Shown here in pieces: positions 25,201-37,200 of a stretch of 64,000 bases of DNA. Origin of the DNA: Takakia lepidozioides (taxonomy: Eukaryota; Plantae; Bryophyta); NCBI GenBank assembly GCA_030704615.1, contig CM060731.1, positions 56,482,001 to 56,546,000 of the forward strand. The letters are read 5' to 3'. Positions within the stretch are counted from its first letter, which is position 1; each line of letters opens with the position of its first letter. Both the position numbers and the translations under genes were made by a program. The notes beneath the pieces are model-generated. The model saw only the letters and a program-made list of their open reading frames with translations. It was not told the DNA's origin and searched no databases.

Positions 25201-25749
25201 CAGGCTCAGCCGGAATTGCCATCACTGAGGTTAATGTCAGCCGAAGCTGCAATTAAGAGAGGCTATCGTCCACCATGTATGAACCCCTCACTCAACTAGG
25301 AGCGGCGACCTAATGAGATGATAGAAGCTTCCAACTAAAAGACAAATGGTTGATTTTGAGAGAGAGACGGGTCTCATCCAAGTGTTGGAGACACCCACTG
25401 AAGGGGAGGAAAGGCGGCTCATGAACAGACTGCAGCTTCAAGGAGTACATTACAGCCGAAAGCATAAGGCAGTCCTACGTGGAAAGAGGCTCGAGGAGGA
25501 TGGGATTGGTGTGGGTCATGAAGCTCACACGTGGCCTGATAGAGACACTTCAGCCCGTCCAAACCCAGGCTTGAAAAAATTCTAAGTCCTGGGGACTCCA
25601 CTCACTGCGAAATGCGGAGCGGAGCAACATCAGAGCTCTCCATACTGAAAGTGACACCGTTTCAGGGTCACTAGTTACTACATACTATAGTTATTACTGC
25701 GAGAAAATAGATTAGCACACCTATTTTTGGAGTCCTTGGGAGGTTTGGC

Positions 25750-27848
25750 AAACATGCTGCCTCGGTTATGGCCATTTAGAAGGTGTCCCTTCCATACGGA
25801 AAGCAGCAACCCTTTAGGTGAAGTAATACTGTAAGTTACACTTGCTTTGGCCAGAGTTTTATTTTTTTCAATTGTCGTACTATAAAATGCCATTTTGTTT
25901 TGGCGTATAAGGAGCAATAAGCTGGTGTATAAATCCAAGCTTCGGTCTCAAGAAATGCTTGAATTCATCTCCAATATATTCTTCTCGTCTGTTACTACGA
26001 AGTAGATGGATATGAGGGCATATCTCTCTCTTGAACTGAAGTAGGATCTTTTTGAAGCAACTGAATGCATATGACTTGAACTTGACATAGTACATCATTT
26101 TGTACATTGTGTGATCATCCTTCAACAGGATAATGGAGCGAGCTCCTCCTCGATGTTGTCCACTCTCATTTGTCCGCACAAATATGTGTGAACAATCCTT
26201 CCTAGTTTGCTAGCTTTATCTCATACTTCATGGATATGGAACTGTCGATAGTTCCGTAAGCACAACCCTCGCAAAAACTCTCATTTGCCTATTGACAGTC
26301 AATCTTTAGACCTTAAACTATTTCATTGGATGCCATTTTCTTTATCATTAATGCAATATTCAAATGGCCTAGGAAGATGATGCCAAATGGTAAGACTACA
26401 CGCTATAGATTGTATTTATTGTAGGGAAGGTTGTTGTTCTTAATGTTCGACTCTTAGAATGATCTTCTTCGCCTCGCATTCTCTTTCCTAGTGACCAAAT
26501 TCTCCATAGAAGTTGCATCTTGTCCACTTCTTTAGTTCATTGATCCGCTCTATGTATTGTTGTTGTTGTTTATATGTAAGTGATGGTTTGTTCACCCTTG
26601 GTCTGCTCACAAATGGAACTTTGATCCTCTTTGATTGCGAATATAGCTGGAAGCCGCAGAGACCTGTCATTATGCATAATTAGTACGCGAGTCCCTGAAT
26701 ATTCAAACCCTTTACCTCACGTGCATTCACAGCAAAATATGAGATAACACCCGGATGCTGGAACGTCACTGCCAAACACTCGTCGTTATGTTGTCTCAAC
26801 GCATTTTCTGGATTTTTGGACTTGGGTTTTTTTCCCGCTAGCTCCCAACGCTCCGGTATTCTAGAATCGCCAACAATCCTACAGTGACGGACCTTAGCAT
26901 ACCCTCATTCTTACCACCTTCGCACTAGAGTTCAGGTGATAAAGACCAGTTGTGCCTCCCCCGCCCGATGACCCCGCCTTCCAAGGGACAACCCTAGTCC
27001 GGCGATGTGAATTCTAACTTGCCGAGCAAGCCCAATACTCAACACGTCGCATTAACTCGGCTTCGGCGGAGGGCACTCGACCCTCGGTTGTTCTACCCTT
27101 CCATGTCTTCATTAGCTGCCTCAAATTCCACGTGGCGTCTTTCGCCCTGCTTTGGATCCACCGATTGAACTTCGGTTTGTCCCTGTCTGCCGTCCACTTA
27201 GCCCCCGCCAAAGCGTTTGTCATTTTCCTCTCCATATTTTGCTGGAAAATCTAAAACACCTCCCATCCATGCCTAACATAAGCACTCTCCAGCCTCATCA
27301 TGTCCCTACCCTTGAAATAATCCACTACCACTTCTTTCACCCTATCCAAGGCATCCGGTCCCAGGTAGTCTGGCTTGTTGACCTGGCTATCCCGCTCGTG
27401 GGCACGTTTTCTCTTCCTCCGCCCCCCTGCTGGTTCACGTGGTCTGCTTCACAAGGTCTGTTTTCAAATGCTTTCACTATTTCTATATCCTTTGTATATT
27501 GTTGAGATAAAAAACTTTGTTAATTGATTCATTTGTGCAGCAACTTTTGTCTTCATCATTGATTCCTCCTTAAGAATTCATTTTTTAAAAGTTCTAAAGT
27601 ATATATTCCGCCTCTTGATGAATATTATCCCATGCCGTTAGCAAATGACGATATAACTACATACTACATACCTCGGTAGCTCTATCTATTGTCTTCTTGT
27701 GAATGTTTGTTCAACTAATGGGCCATTGATTCTATGTCGCTCATGTGTATTGCAATATCATTTCCCTGCTTCATTTTGCAGTAAAAAAACCTTTGATGTA
27801 GGACATATATGTTCTCACTTGTTCTTTGCTCGTGAGTAGTTATCAATC
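25750..27848 (-). mobile_element. Ty1/copia relic: gag C-terminus, zinc knuckle, GAG-pre-integrase and integrase core
   Basis: HEQRTSENIYVLHQRFFYCKMKQGNDIAIHMSDIESMA (gag), KKWTRCNFYGEFGH, FCEGCAYG, RGGARSIILLKDDHT...LRSNRREEY...APYTPKQNG (integrase); heavily decayed. Confidence 0.8.
26900..27470 (-). mobile_element. Unrelated insert in the copia relic, possibly a CACTA TnpA-like fragment
   Basis: Near-open frame DALDRVKEVVVDYF...KFNRWIQSRAKDATWNLRQLM...RVPSAEAELMRRVEYW; family assignment is by loose resemblance only. Confidence 0.3.
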
Positions 27849-29221
27849 GCTTCTCATTGAAGGATAATAGCGTCTTCAATGCCCGCGCGTGTGGTGGCGG
27901 GCCCACATGTAACGGAGGGGGTCGCGAAGGGTGGTCGGAGGGTCTGTTGCGACTCAGTCTGCTCAGTTTGTTGTTGTCTGCCGGGCAAGCCTGTCTGCTG
28001 GAGCCCGACTCACTGTTAAGATCATGAAACTTTAGATTGCATCCTTATCTCGCAACTTATTGAGATTCATGTTTCATTCTTATGTATGTCAAATTTTGTC
28101 ACTGCATAAATTGAGTTGTGCATGCCAAATTGTATAACGGGGGGCTTTTCAAACCCTACTCCCCCGCCAAAATTTGGACCAATAAAAAATGCCCAAAAAA
28201 AAAGTGTTCTCTTTAATCTAGTCAGGTCGGTCACTTTCCACCACTTCACGTATGCACACTGAGACCACATTGCAAAACAAGTAGGACTGTATGTACTAGG
28301 TAGCGCACTGTTGCATGGCCGTTGTGGGCCTCTAATTGCTCCATCACACCAAACACTTGTAGAGGCTTTCCATTCCCCCCCTAAAATCCCACAAACATAA
28401 GATCTTTAGTAACAAAAGGTGGCTGAATCTTACTTAGAAAGAAGATAGTGTTTGTACTTGCACTTTGTTCCTACGCATACCTTCTACTCTGTCACTGTCA
28501 ATATGGCCAAGTAGGTTCGACTCACATGCCCTCATGACAATGTGACTTTAAAAGTGGAGGCCAGGGAAGGCTCACTTCAAATCACGGACAAGCTTCTTCG
28601 ATCTTGGTTTGGATTGCAGCTTGCAAGGGTTGTTTTTTAAGTCGAGGAGGTTGTGGAAGGTTGCGTTGTGGCAACTCGAATTGTCAGCCCTAAACGAGAT
28701 GATGTTGCAAATGCGTACGTCATACCATACGATACGGAGCGTGGCTACAGAGTCTTTGGGCTTCAAGCGACATCCTCGAATATGTCGGCATCTCTTACTC
28801 CACCGATTGCCGCATCCATTTTTGGCCCACGTATTGCGAAGATGGAGAGTATTCAAATTTCAAGTGACGATGATGAAGAATGTATGTGGTGCTGCAATGA
28901 AAGAGCTATAAAACCTCCACCATAGATTTTGGAGCTTCAACTGCGGCTTCAGTCGGGGACGATCTGGCATGCACTTCAACTAAATCGTCGTCCTCCGCGG
29001 GTTGAGCACGCATACGCGGAGGTGCGGAGTATGCTCGTCTGCTGCCAGTTATTTCAAAGGTTTGTAGAAGCAACGGGTAGTGAGAGCAACGAATAATAAG
29101 CATGAGGTTTGGTGTTCAATTCATGTCAGGTGGTAATGGGCCATGATAATGTGTGTACTTAATTATCTATTTTATATAATGGTTCTTTCTGAAATTTGCC
29201 TAAGTCCTTATTCTTCTATGG

Positions 29222-29403
29222 CGGTGGACCTTCTAGCGGACTGGGGCAGGTGCTCACAGTCTGCACGTAGAGTGGACCCCCCAGCGGACTTGTAGAGGGG
29301 ACCCTCCAGCAGACTAGACTATCCAATGGACCCTCCAACGGACTTGCAGAGTGGATTAGATTGCAAAGTGGACCCTTCAGCAGACTCTCTAGAACAGACT
29401 AGA
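29222..29403 (+). repeat. Subterminal tandem motif (gtggaccc..cagcggact) of the MULE; gypsy target site, resumes at 40256-40290
   Basis: About 5 copies of ggaccc(t)ccagc(g/a)gact; the empty site cagactagactatccaatggaccc occurs intact at ~29310-29332. Confidence 0.7.
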
Positions 29404-29560
29404 TGTCGTGCGCATACATATCGCTACACAACTACATCGTTGTCCAAAACCACACAACACATGTGCACGCCATACACTATTAGTCCAACCACTATGCTAC
29501 AACTAGTCAGTCACTAGGCTGCCACTATGGTGCCCACTATGGCAGTCACTAGTCCACACA
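29404..29560 (-). repeat. Repeat A, terminal copy (157 bp)
   Basis: tgtcgtgcgcatacatatcg...agtccacaca, duplicated at 29891-30078. Confidence 0.95.
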
Positions 29561-29561
29561 A

Positions 29562-29888
29562 TGATAAAGAAGAAGAATACAAGCACAAGCTCATGCGAGC
29601 TCACAAAGCTGAAGCATAAACTCATGCATATATAAACTCATCACTCAAATACAAGTCAAGCCAAGTGCACCCCACGCCATGGGGAATCCACACTACGGTG
29701 CCATAACTAGGCGCGGTGAGGCTCAACTCGAGAAAGATGAGCCTCCCGCGTTTGCCGTGAAGATAACCACTCCAGGGCCTAAATCTGCCTTGATCCCTGG
29801 ATTGACACTTGGGCCAATCCCAAATGTCAATATGTAAAAGCTAGCTATTTCCTAGCTAGTTTCACACTAGTGATAAAATAACTTGACA
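29562..29888 (-). repeat. Repeat B, internal copy (327 bp)
   Basis: tgataaagaagaag...aataacttgaca, duplicated at 39929-40255 with 8 substitutions by my count. Confidence 0.95.
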
Positions 29889-29890
29889 GC

Positions 29891-30078
29891 TGTCGTGCGC
29901 ATACATATCGCTACACAACTACATCGATGTCCAAAACCACACAACACATGTGCACGCCACACACTAGTATATCACTAGTCCACCACTAGTCCAGCCACTA
30001 GTCCAACCACTAGGCTACAACTAGTCAATCACTAGGCTGCCACTATGCTGCCCACTATGGCAGTCACTAGTCCACACA
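29891..30078 (-). repeat. Repeat A, PPT-adjacent copy (188 bp)
   Basis: Matches 29404-29560 plus 31 bp of extra ccactagt microrepeats. Confidence 0.95.
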
Positions 30079-30334
30079 ATCGCCCCCTTAGCTGGTGCTT
30101 AGGTCCCTCTAAATCTAGGTAGCCACAAAATGTGATAGTGACCATAGCCTCACTAAGTCCTCCACCACTGTCCCACACTCAAACTCGATATATCAAGAGG
30201 CCGGGTGCAAGAGTTGCCCCATCGTTAGTCGTCGTCTTGCAACCTGTGAACTTGAGCCTGGGATCTCGTGTATTGACTCCTATGATCTTGGCCTCCTATG
30301 TCTTGTTAGCTGCCTCTAGTCATATCTACTGCCA

Positions 30335-30485
30335 CTATCCCAAGCAGTGTGGACATAACCAATCTCCATCAGGAACCCTCTCAAGAGGTGGTGTCAAGCA
30401 TCCCATACCCAACCTCTTGAGCATCGATCACACACCACCATGGTGGCTGCCCCTTTGGCAGACCCACAGAGCATGCACCTCAAAC
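30335..30485 (-). pseudogene. PHD finger at the C-terminus of the gypsy integrase
   Basis: CMLCGSAKGAATMVVCDRCSRGW-[frameshift at the His position]-MGCLTPPLERVPDGDWLCPHCLG*, which fits the C4HC3 spacing. Confidence 0.9.
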
Positions 30486-31290
30486 CTGCAGGTACCACTG
30501 CCAAGTTTGGGTCAACTCTGCCATCGACATTGAGAAGGTAACATGGCGCACAATTACGCATATGGTCTTTCCAAGTCATGCCATCCCGACCCTCCAAGAT
30601 CAGGACTCCTGAGGGCAACACCTCTCGAACCCTCAGAATAACACGCCCTGCAGTGACATCCAGGGTCGTAGGAGCAGTCTGCTACAAATAAACATAGTCA
30701 CCAGGGCTAAACCTCCAAACCCCAGGACGATATCCTCCACCACGTATAGTGGCATACCTCAACGTATCACGGTGGTGTGCAATGGCAAGGTTCTCAAAAG
30801 CCATGGGCATGATTTTCTTGAACAACTCTGCACGCTGATCACATGCACATACCCACACGTCCGGATCGTCAAGGTTAAGGACTTGAGCAGTGTCCATACG
30901 AATGGCTGCAGGCAAATCCGACTCTCGGCCAAAGAGAAGGAAATATGTTGAGAAGGAGGCAAGTAATGCTTGTTTGCTGAACCTGTAGCCCATGGCTAAC
31001 AAAGGCACATGAAGATCCCAATCTCCTAGGTGTCCCTTCTGCAAGCCATACTTGCGCAAACCCATCTTCACCGTCTGAACAACTCTCTCTGCCGAGCCAT
31101 CGGCCTCAGGATGATCCCGAGAAGTGGTGCGGTGGTCTATCAAGGCTTTATCACACAAAGCCTGAAACTCCCCCAAGAACTCTTTCCCTTGCTCCGTGAG
31201 TACCTTAGCTGGAGCACCGAATTGGCTAAGCATACGATCCAAGAATGCATATGCAGCCCCCTTACTAGCCTTGTCAGGCAATGGAACCAT
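30486..31290 (-). pseudogene. Gypsy DDE integrase (core and SH3-like part); HHCC domain and first Asp deleted
   Basis: FGAPAKVLTEQGKEF...TTSRDHPEADGSAERVVQTVK...YFLLFGR...FSPGDYVYL; abrupt DYLR|MVPLPDK junction at ~31290. Confidence 0.88.
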
Positions 31291-31499
31291 GCGGAGGTAG
31301 TCCAACACAGTCGAATCCTCATGTATATCTTTGGCACCACCTGGCTCATCAATAGTCTCAGGGTCCTCAGACACTCCGTCTACAGTCATCCCTGTTGTAG
31401 GTCCAACCTGATCTCCCGATTCCAAGATACACAAAAATGCAAATGCGTGCCATCTCGACACCATCTCCTCGTCTGTCTCACCATGCCACCGAACTCCAG

Positions 31500-32900
31500 T
31501 GTCATCATGCTGGCTCGTGCATGGATTGCGACTCAATCCATCCGCATCCCGATTGACCAAACTCGGTCGATGCACAACCTGAAAGTCATATTCCTGGAGT
31601 ATGAGTACCCACCGTGCAAGCTTCCCCGTAAGCTTGTATGACTCCATCAACCACTTGAGTGGCTGGTGATCCGTGACAAGGGTGAAGAGATTGCCATATA
31701 GATAGCACCTGAAGTGTGTGCACGGCCCACACTGCAGCTAAGCACTCCCTCATATGAGCTGTACTTAGCCTCTGCAGCGTTGTTCGAACGGCTAGCATAA
31801 GCCACTACGAACTCTCTACCCTCATCATCCACCTATGTGAGCACCGCTCCAAGCCTCAGCATGCTCCAATCCGTATGCAGCTGAAAGGGACGCACCCTGA
31901 TAGGTCGTCTCAGGATAGGCGCCGAGGTCAACCTCGCTTTGAGCTCTTGAAAAGCTCGTTCCTGCTCATCTTCCCACTGCCACTCTTGGTCCACATTGGT
32001 CAGCTTGGTTAGAGCCTTTGCAATGGCACTAAATCCCTGGACAAATCGTCTATAATAGTTTGCCAATCCCATGAAAGCTCGAACTCGGCTCACATCCGTG
32101 GGGCGTGGAATTTGTGCAATGGCCTCTACCTTAGTCTGCTGTACCCCCAATCCTCCAGGATATATCATGTGACCCAGATACTCAATCTGGTTGTGGAAAA
32201 ACTTGCACTTCCCTGGATGCAACTTCAATCCGTGCGCTCTCAAACGCTCCAATACCACCTGAAGGTGTCTCTCATGCTCCTCCACCGTAGCACTAAAGAT
32301 GATGATGTCATCTATGTAGCACCGAGCAAAGTCCACCCCTGCTAGAATCCTATCCATGACTCTTTGAAACTCTGCAGGAGCATTCTTAAGCCCAAATGGT
32401 AAGAACCGCCACTGATATAGGCAATCCTTGGCATGCTCATTGATCCCCCAGAATGTCGTCTTCTACTTGTCCGCCTCCTTGATCGGCAACTGGTGATATC
32501 CGGATCGTAAATCCAAAGTGCTAAAGACCTTAGCATGCCCGATGGCATCAAAGATCTCATCTGGTGTTGGCATGACATACTTATCGGACTTGGTCTAACG
32601 ATTTACAGGCCGGTAATCACCGCACATACGTCTTTCCGTCCAATTGCCATAGATATCCTTCTTGGCTGGCATCATTATGGCTGAAGCACACTCTCCACCA
32701 GAGAGCTCCACCAAACCAACCTCCCAGAGATCTTGAGTCCTCATCTGAATCAAAGACCTCTCCATGTCACTGTATCTACAGGGTCTCCGAAAGATTGGCG
32801 TGTCAGTGGCCAACTCAATACGAATCTCTTGACCCTTCAGTGCTCCCAAGTCCTTCAAACTGAAGGCAAAGCAATTCCTGTAAGCCCTCAGGAACCGCCG
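31500..32900 (-). pseudogene. Gypsy reverse transcriptase and RNase H
   Basis: RMCGDYRPVN, TLDLRSGYHQL, PFGLKNAPAEFQR, CYIDDII, FMGLANYYRRFV, LHTDWS, VVAYASR, KLARWVLILQEYDF, DADGLSR. Confidence 0.96.
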
Positions 32901-33339
32901 TATACGTCGTCTCTCTCCTCCGGTGACGATAGGTCCAATGTCAGGCTCCCAATTGTCCTCCGTAACTGCAACCTTAAGTCCAGTGGGCTTAGAGGTAGAA
33001 GACGCGTCTAGTGGTTGCTATGTTGCAACCTCTTGAACAGTACTCCATGCCTGCTCAATCAATGATAAGGCCTCATCCTGCCCTATCATCTCATCCTCAA
33101 GGACTTCCTCAACCCAAGAAAAATCCCCAACCTCATCCATCACCGCCGCCCTGGCTGCCAACTCCCTCTGAACCTCGAGCACCTCCCACGTGTGCCATGG
33201 ATGCCTGCACCCCGTGGTCCTCTCATGCTCGCCCCCACTCACTGCTTGTACCGTCTCGGTAGGCAAATAGACCATCGAGGAAAGTGTACTCCGCACTCTG
33301 CGTTGCTCAGCCATAGCCAAGCTGATAATCCAGGTCAAG

Positions 33340-34225
33340 CAATTGAGATCCATTGCTTGCCCCAACACCTGACGATGCGATGCCTCAGAAAGAGACGACA
33401 CCGCCGTGGTACCAGTGGTAAAACCCATTGCCTGCTCACGCTCGTCAACATTAGGCTTCACTAACTGCAGTGTAGGTAATGTTGCTCGTGGTTGACCCAC
33501 CTTGTTGACCACTGCCAAAGACGAACGGTCATCGTGTTTCACACGCTGAGATTGTCTTCCTGTGTCCAAAATGCTATCCACTGTGAGGTGTGCTGGCCGC
33601 TGCATCCTATCAAATGTACGCTTGAGCAGTGTGGGTTGTATCAAGTTAGTCCACCATAGCCGTGGACGATGAGCCCGTGACCCCACTGTAGTTGCATCTA
33701 GCAATACTGCTGATCCAAGCCACGATCGGACTTGATGCACACCGGCCATCACCCTGGCCCGAGAATCGCCCATCAGTGGCACATTCTCCAAGATGTTATA
33801 CTGGAGATACAGCTTGATGAAGTTGCAAGTGGGGCAAAACGCACCCTCTCCCAAAACAGACCCCCGACCTCGACTCGTTAGTCTCGCAATCCATTGCCAT
33901 GCCCGGCTGATGAATGGCCTTGCAGGGCCAACCTGCCACTACCAGATCGATGGAGCCAAAGTCCGCTCCAAATCCTGCTCCAACAACGAAATGTCTGCTG
34001 GCAAGGCCTGCTGATATCCAATGCGAATTGCAAGACACCCGACAGCAACAACTCAGGGTACTGCTGCACCAACTGAGCAACATGGCGAAGTGAAACGTGT
34101 CGTGCAGTCTCATCCCTCTCCACATACATGTAACGCCGAACTCGTACACCTGCCTGTAACACAGCAGTCAATCCGGTGCTGATCCCGCCAAAACAAGTCC
34201 AGAAAGACAAATGCCTTCATCCGGA
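33340..34225 (-). pseudogene. Retrotransposon-encoded DNA (cytosine-5) methyltransferase, DNMT3-like, frameshifted
   Basis: Motif I FLDLFGGISTG, II YVERD, IV DLVVAGWPC(Q)GHS (PC at 33922-33927), VI ILENV, VIII AHRPRLWWTN, IX/X EREQAMGF..GTT....SEASHRQVLGQAMD, all in canonical order. Confidence 0.9.
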
Positions 34226-34599
34226 TACTGCCTCATCAATGGTGTGGTGTCCATGGAGACAACTGAGGTGGTCCTGGTGCAATCCCCCGCACTGCATCCT
34301 CTCCTGATGGTACAGAAGCCTCTACCCAGGCTGTTGCACCCGTGCAACCCGTCGATCAGCAACCTGATGCAATCATCTTTGATCGTGCCCCAATGGAGTT
34401 TGAGCAATCATGGCAGCAACTCCGTACCATGCATGTCATTATGCTCTCCCGGAGGTGACACAATCCTCTGATAGCGTTCCCTCAAGCATACTCTCCAGGC
34501 CAACTCACTGTAGCTGTGAATGCTGTTAGTGTCGGCATCTTGCTCGCTGGGCAACCGCACTCCTCCTATGAATGTTACATGGAGCTGCACACGCCGGCC

Positions 34600-35030
34600 C
34601 TCCCTGACTTCCCATCCAGGCCTATAGGAAGTTGAACTCCTCCCAAAATCCAGGATGAAGCCCGGAGGTACAACACTGCCCCACCAACCAGGACATCGTA
34701 CGAGACCGCGTTTGTCACAATGACCTGGCTCGCATCACTGAGCCATCTGTAGGGTGATCCGTCGCGTAGTCTGATAGGCCAACTCACACCGTGTCATGCC
34801 CCAAGCCTGCTCCGATCCTCCTAGAGACGTCTGTATCTGGAAATGACAAGGCTCCATATCCGCCTCTGGTGAGGCCCGAAGCCTGCAATAGCAGCTCTGC
34901 CCAGCATCAATGGCTGAGCTCCCGAGTCCCACGCCCGCAGTGGCCGTTACCGCGTTGCCTCTTGCCGGTCCACTCAAACAGAGAATGTCATCCTGGTTGT
35001 CTAACATGACAACTCCAGGTGTCACCATGG
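34600..35030 (-). pseudogene. Retropepsin aspartic protease
   Basis: WDSGAQPLMLGRAAI at ~34885-34932 and VTNAVSYDVLVGG downstream. Confidence 0.75.
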
Positions 35031-35699
35031 TCGCTCAATGGCTGCGCCTAGCTGACAGCTCCATCAACCTGGCAGCTGCAGCTTGCCATGGCGCCGCCGT
35101 GGCAGTCTTGACACATCAAATCGAGGATCCCTCCAGCACTACACAAACCTCCCACTATCTCCGTAGAAGATGAAGGAACCTCCCCACTCTCACAGAGTGT
35201 AGCTGCCAGCCTGAACACCTCAGCTGGTCCTCTATCCTCGGCGTCGCAATCATGGTAGCCGAGAACAATGGAGCCTGACACACAGATGTGGCCTGCTCGC
35301 AGCAGCACACTAGCTGCCGTAGCCTGCAACACTAGTTAGTGGTGCTGCCCGTGTAGCTCTCCCTAATGCATAATAACCTCCGCCTCGGTAACAGTCGGGC
35401 GAGAACTAGGTGCCATGGATGGCGTCGACACTGTCTCCGCCAATGTGAATGACTGAGGAAGCCTAGCCTAACGGCTTGCCCTCCCCACGCTAATGGATCC
35501 AACTCCGCCTCTCTGCACCTCGTGGCTCAGGAACTCGTGCTGCTCTCGAGTCACGGCTGGGCAACAGACTCCACCTGCACTAAGTGTAGTGCTGCTCCAC
35601 ACATGAATCCCATGCCTCCCATATCTCCTCCCTCAGGAGCAGGAGGTGGACCATCCGCTTAGAGCGGTAACCTACCCTGAGCTGTAGCCATGGCAGCGA

Positions 35700-37200
35700 G
35701 CCTCTGCTCTAGCTGCTGAAGCCGTGTTGGCCATGCCTGGTCAACACTACCTGCCTCCGCGTCCTTGGCCATGTTGAGCTTGCCCTTGCCTCACACCTCG
35801 TGGCTGGCCACCTCGTCCTCTTTGGGCTCCATCCACCTCGGCCCCGGCCCCATTGTTCCCTTGGAACTGGCCTGGGCGCAACTCAGGCTGCAAAAACATA
35901 ACACTGGGCCTCTCCATGCCCGTGCTTGCCACAATGCCCACACTGCAACTGTGCAGGCTGTACATGTGCCGGCCCTTTGGCCTCCCTCTGGGCAATCCTT
36001 CTTGACATGGGGGTCCTCCACATGTCCTGCACACCACATCCACCCGTTGTTGGCCAGCAAATGAAGGGAAATACCCCTGCATCTGAGGTCCTCTCTGCCC
36101 TCCCTGAGCTTCACCTGAGGCCCCCTTGTTGCCTTGAGCACGTTGAGGTAGTGGTTGGCTAGAGCAACCACTACCTCGTGGTGTCTCCCTAGCAAATCCC
36201 ACCATGACCACCGTCCTCCATCATGTTGACTCTATTCCATCCGCTCTGCCAGCAAAAACACATTTACTAAAGTGGGTTGGGCCGCTTGTAGGAGAGTTGC
36301 ATCCCGCACCTTCTCCTCAGCTCCTTGTCCCAATATCCCATACCAGAATTGGACTGCCTGAGCTTCCGTAACCCCTTGGGTTACATTTATCAAGCGCCTC
36401 ATGCGAGTGAAACCTCCCTCAAGCTCTCAGTAGGCTTTCCGTTGGAACTCTTGCAAGCTCCGCAACTTCTCTGTCCTCACCCCTTGGTAGTTCTCTCTCA
36501 ACTCTTCGAAGAACTCCACAACAGGGTTGAAGGCAGACACGGGTACTGGTGCTGGTGCGGTAGTGGCTTGGGTGGACGTCGTAGCTACGGTACCACACCA
36601 GTCCCACCCTGTCCACTGCTGCTTGGCTGAAGCTGCCGCGGTGCAGCGGCAGGTGTAGCCACTGCCCTCGTGGCTCTAATGCCCCTAGTGATGAGACATA
36701 GTCGGGTGACGCGGTAACATCCTCCACTCCTCAATCTCAACCTCATGCCCATGCCCCCACCTGAACTCATGGTAATCATCCCTAGGCGGCCCCTCAAGGT
36801 GCTGAAAAGCCCATTCCATGCCATGAAAGGCGTAAATAGTTTTGGATTGCGCATATTGCTACAAATCACACAACACCTATTAAACTCTTGGATAAAATCA
36901 TCCAACTCGATGGTGCCCACCGCCCCAGAGTACCTTCGTGGCCCCGTGGGAGCTCCATACATCTCCTCCATTGTGTCCCACAACAATGGCAAGGCAACAA
37001 CTTACTTACACCCGCCGTGTAAGTCCTCTGATTCACAATCCGAATCAGAACCTTCCGTAGAAGACACAGGAGGTGAAGGTGGCCTAACCGCACACCTCGT
37101 CTCGTGTACCCACTAGTATCGTTAGTGCTCGAACCGGCACTACTGTCCCCAACGACTAGTGACATCTCCGTGTTGACAAACTGTCACTCATCCGGTCATG
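35700..37200 (-). pseudogene. Gypsy gag with CCHC knuckle, frameshifted
   Basis: PRRYSGAVGTIELDDFIQEF; CRTCGGP-HVKKDCP knuckle across a frameshift at ~36010. Confidence 0.7.

Larger units (their letters stand above)
16849..25657 (-). mobile_element. Full-length L1-clade LINE (ORF1, ORF2, 3'UTR, poly(A)), degenerate, carrying two nested inserts
   Basis: 11-bp TSD CGTTTCAGGGT at 16838-16848 and 25658-25668; poly(T) at 16849-16863; ORF1 and ORF2 domains in the correct order. Confidence 0.93.

Noticed and set aside
30080-30335. Tyrosine recombinase or chromodomain downstream of integrase that might explain the split repeats
   Set aside because: Only ~250 bp lie between the PHD stop and the PPT; no R-H-R-Y or chromodomain motifs were seen here or in the leader.
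33340-34225. Host DNMT3/DRM gene or bacterial contamination
   Set aside because: It is intronless, collinear with and flanked by PR and RT, and lies inside TSD-bounded repeats.
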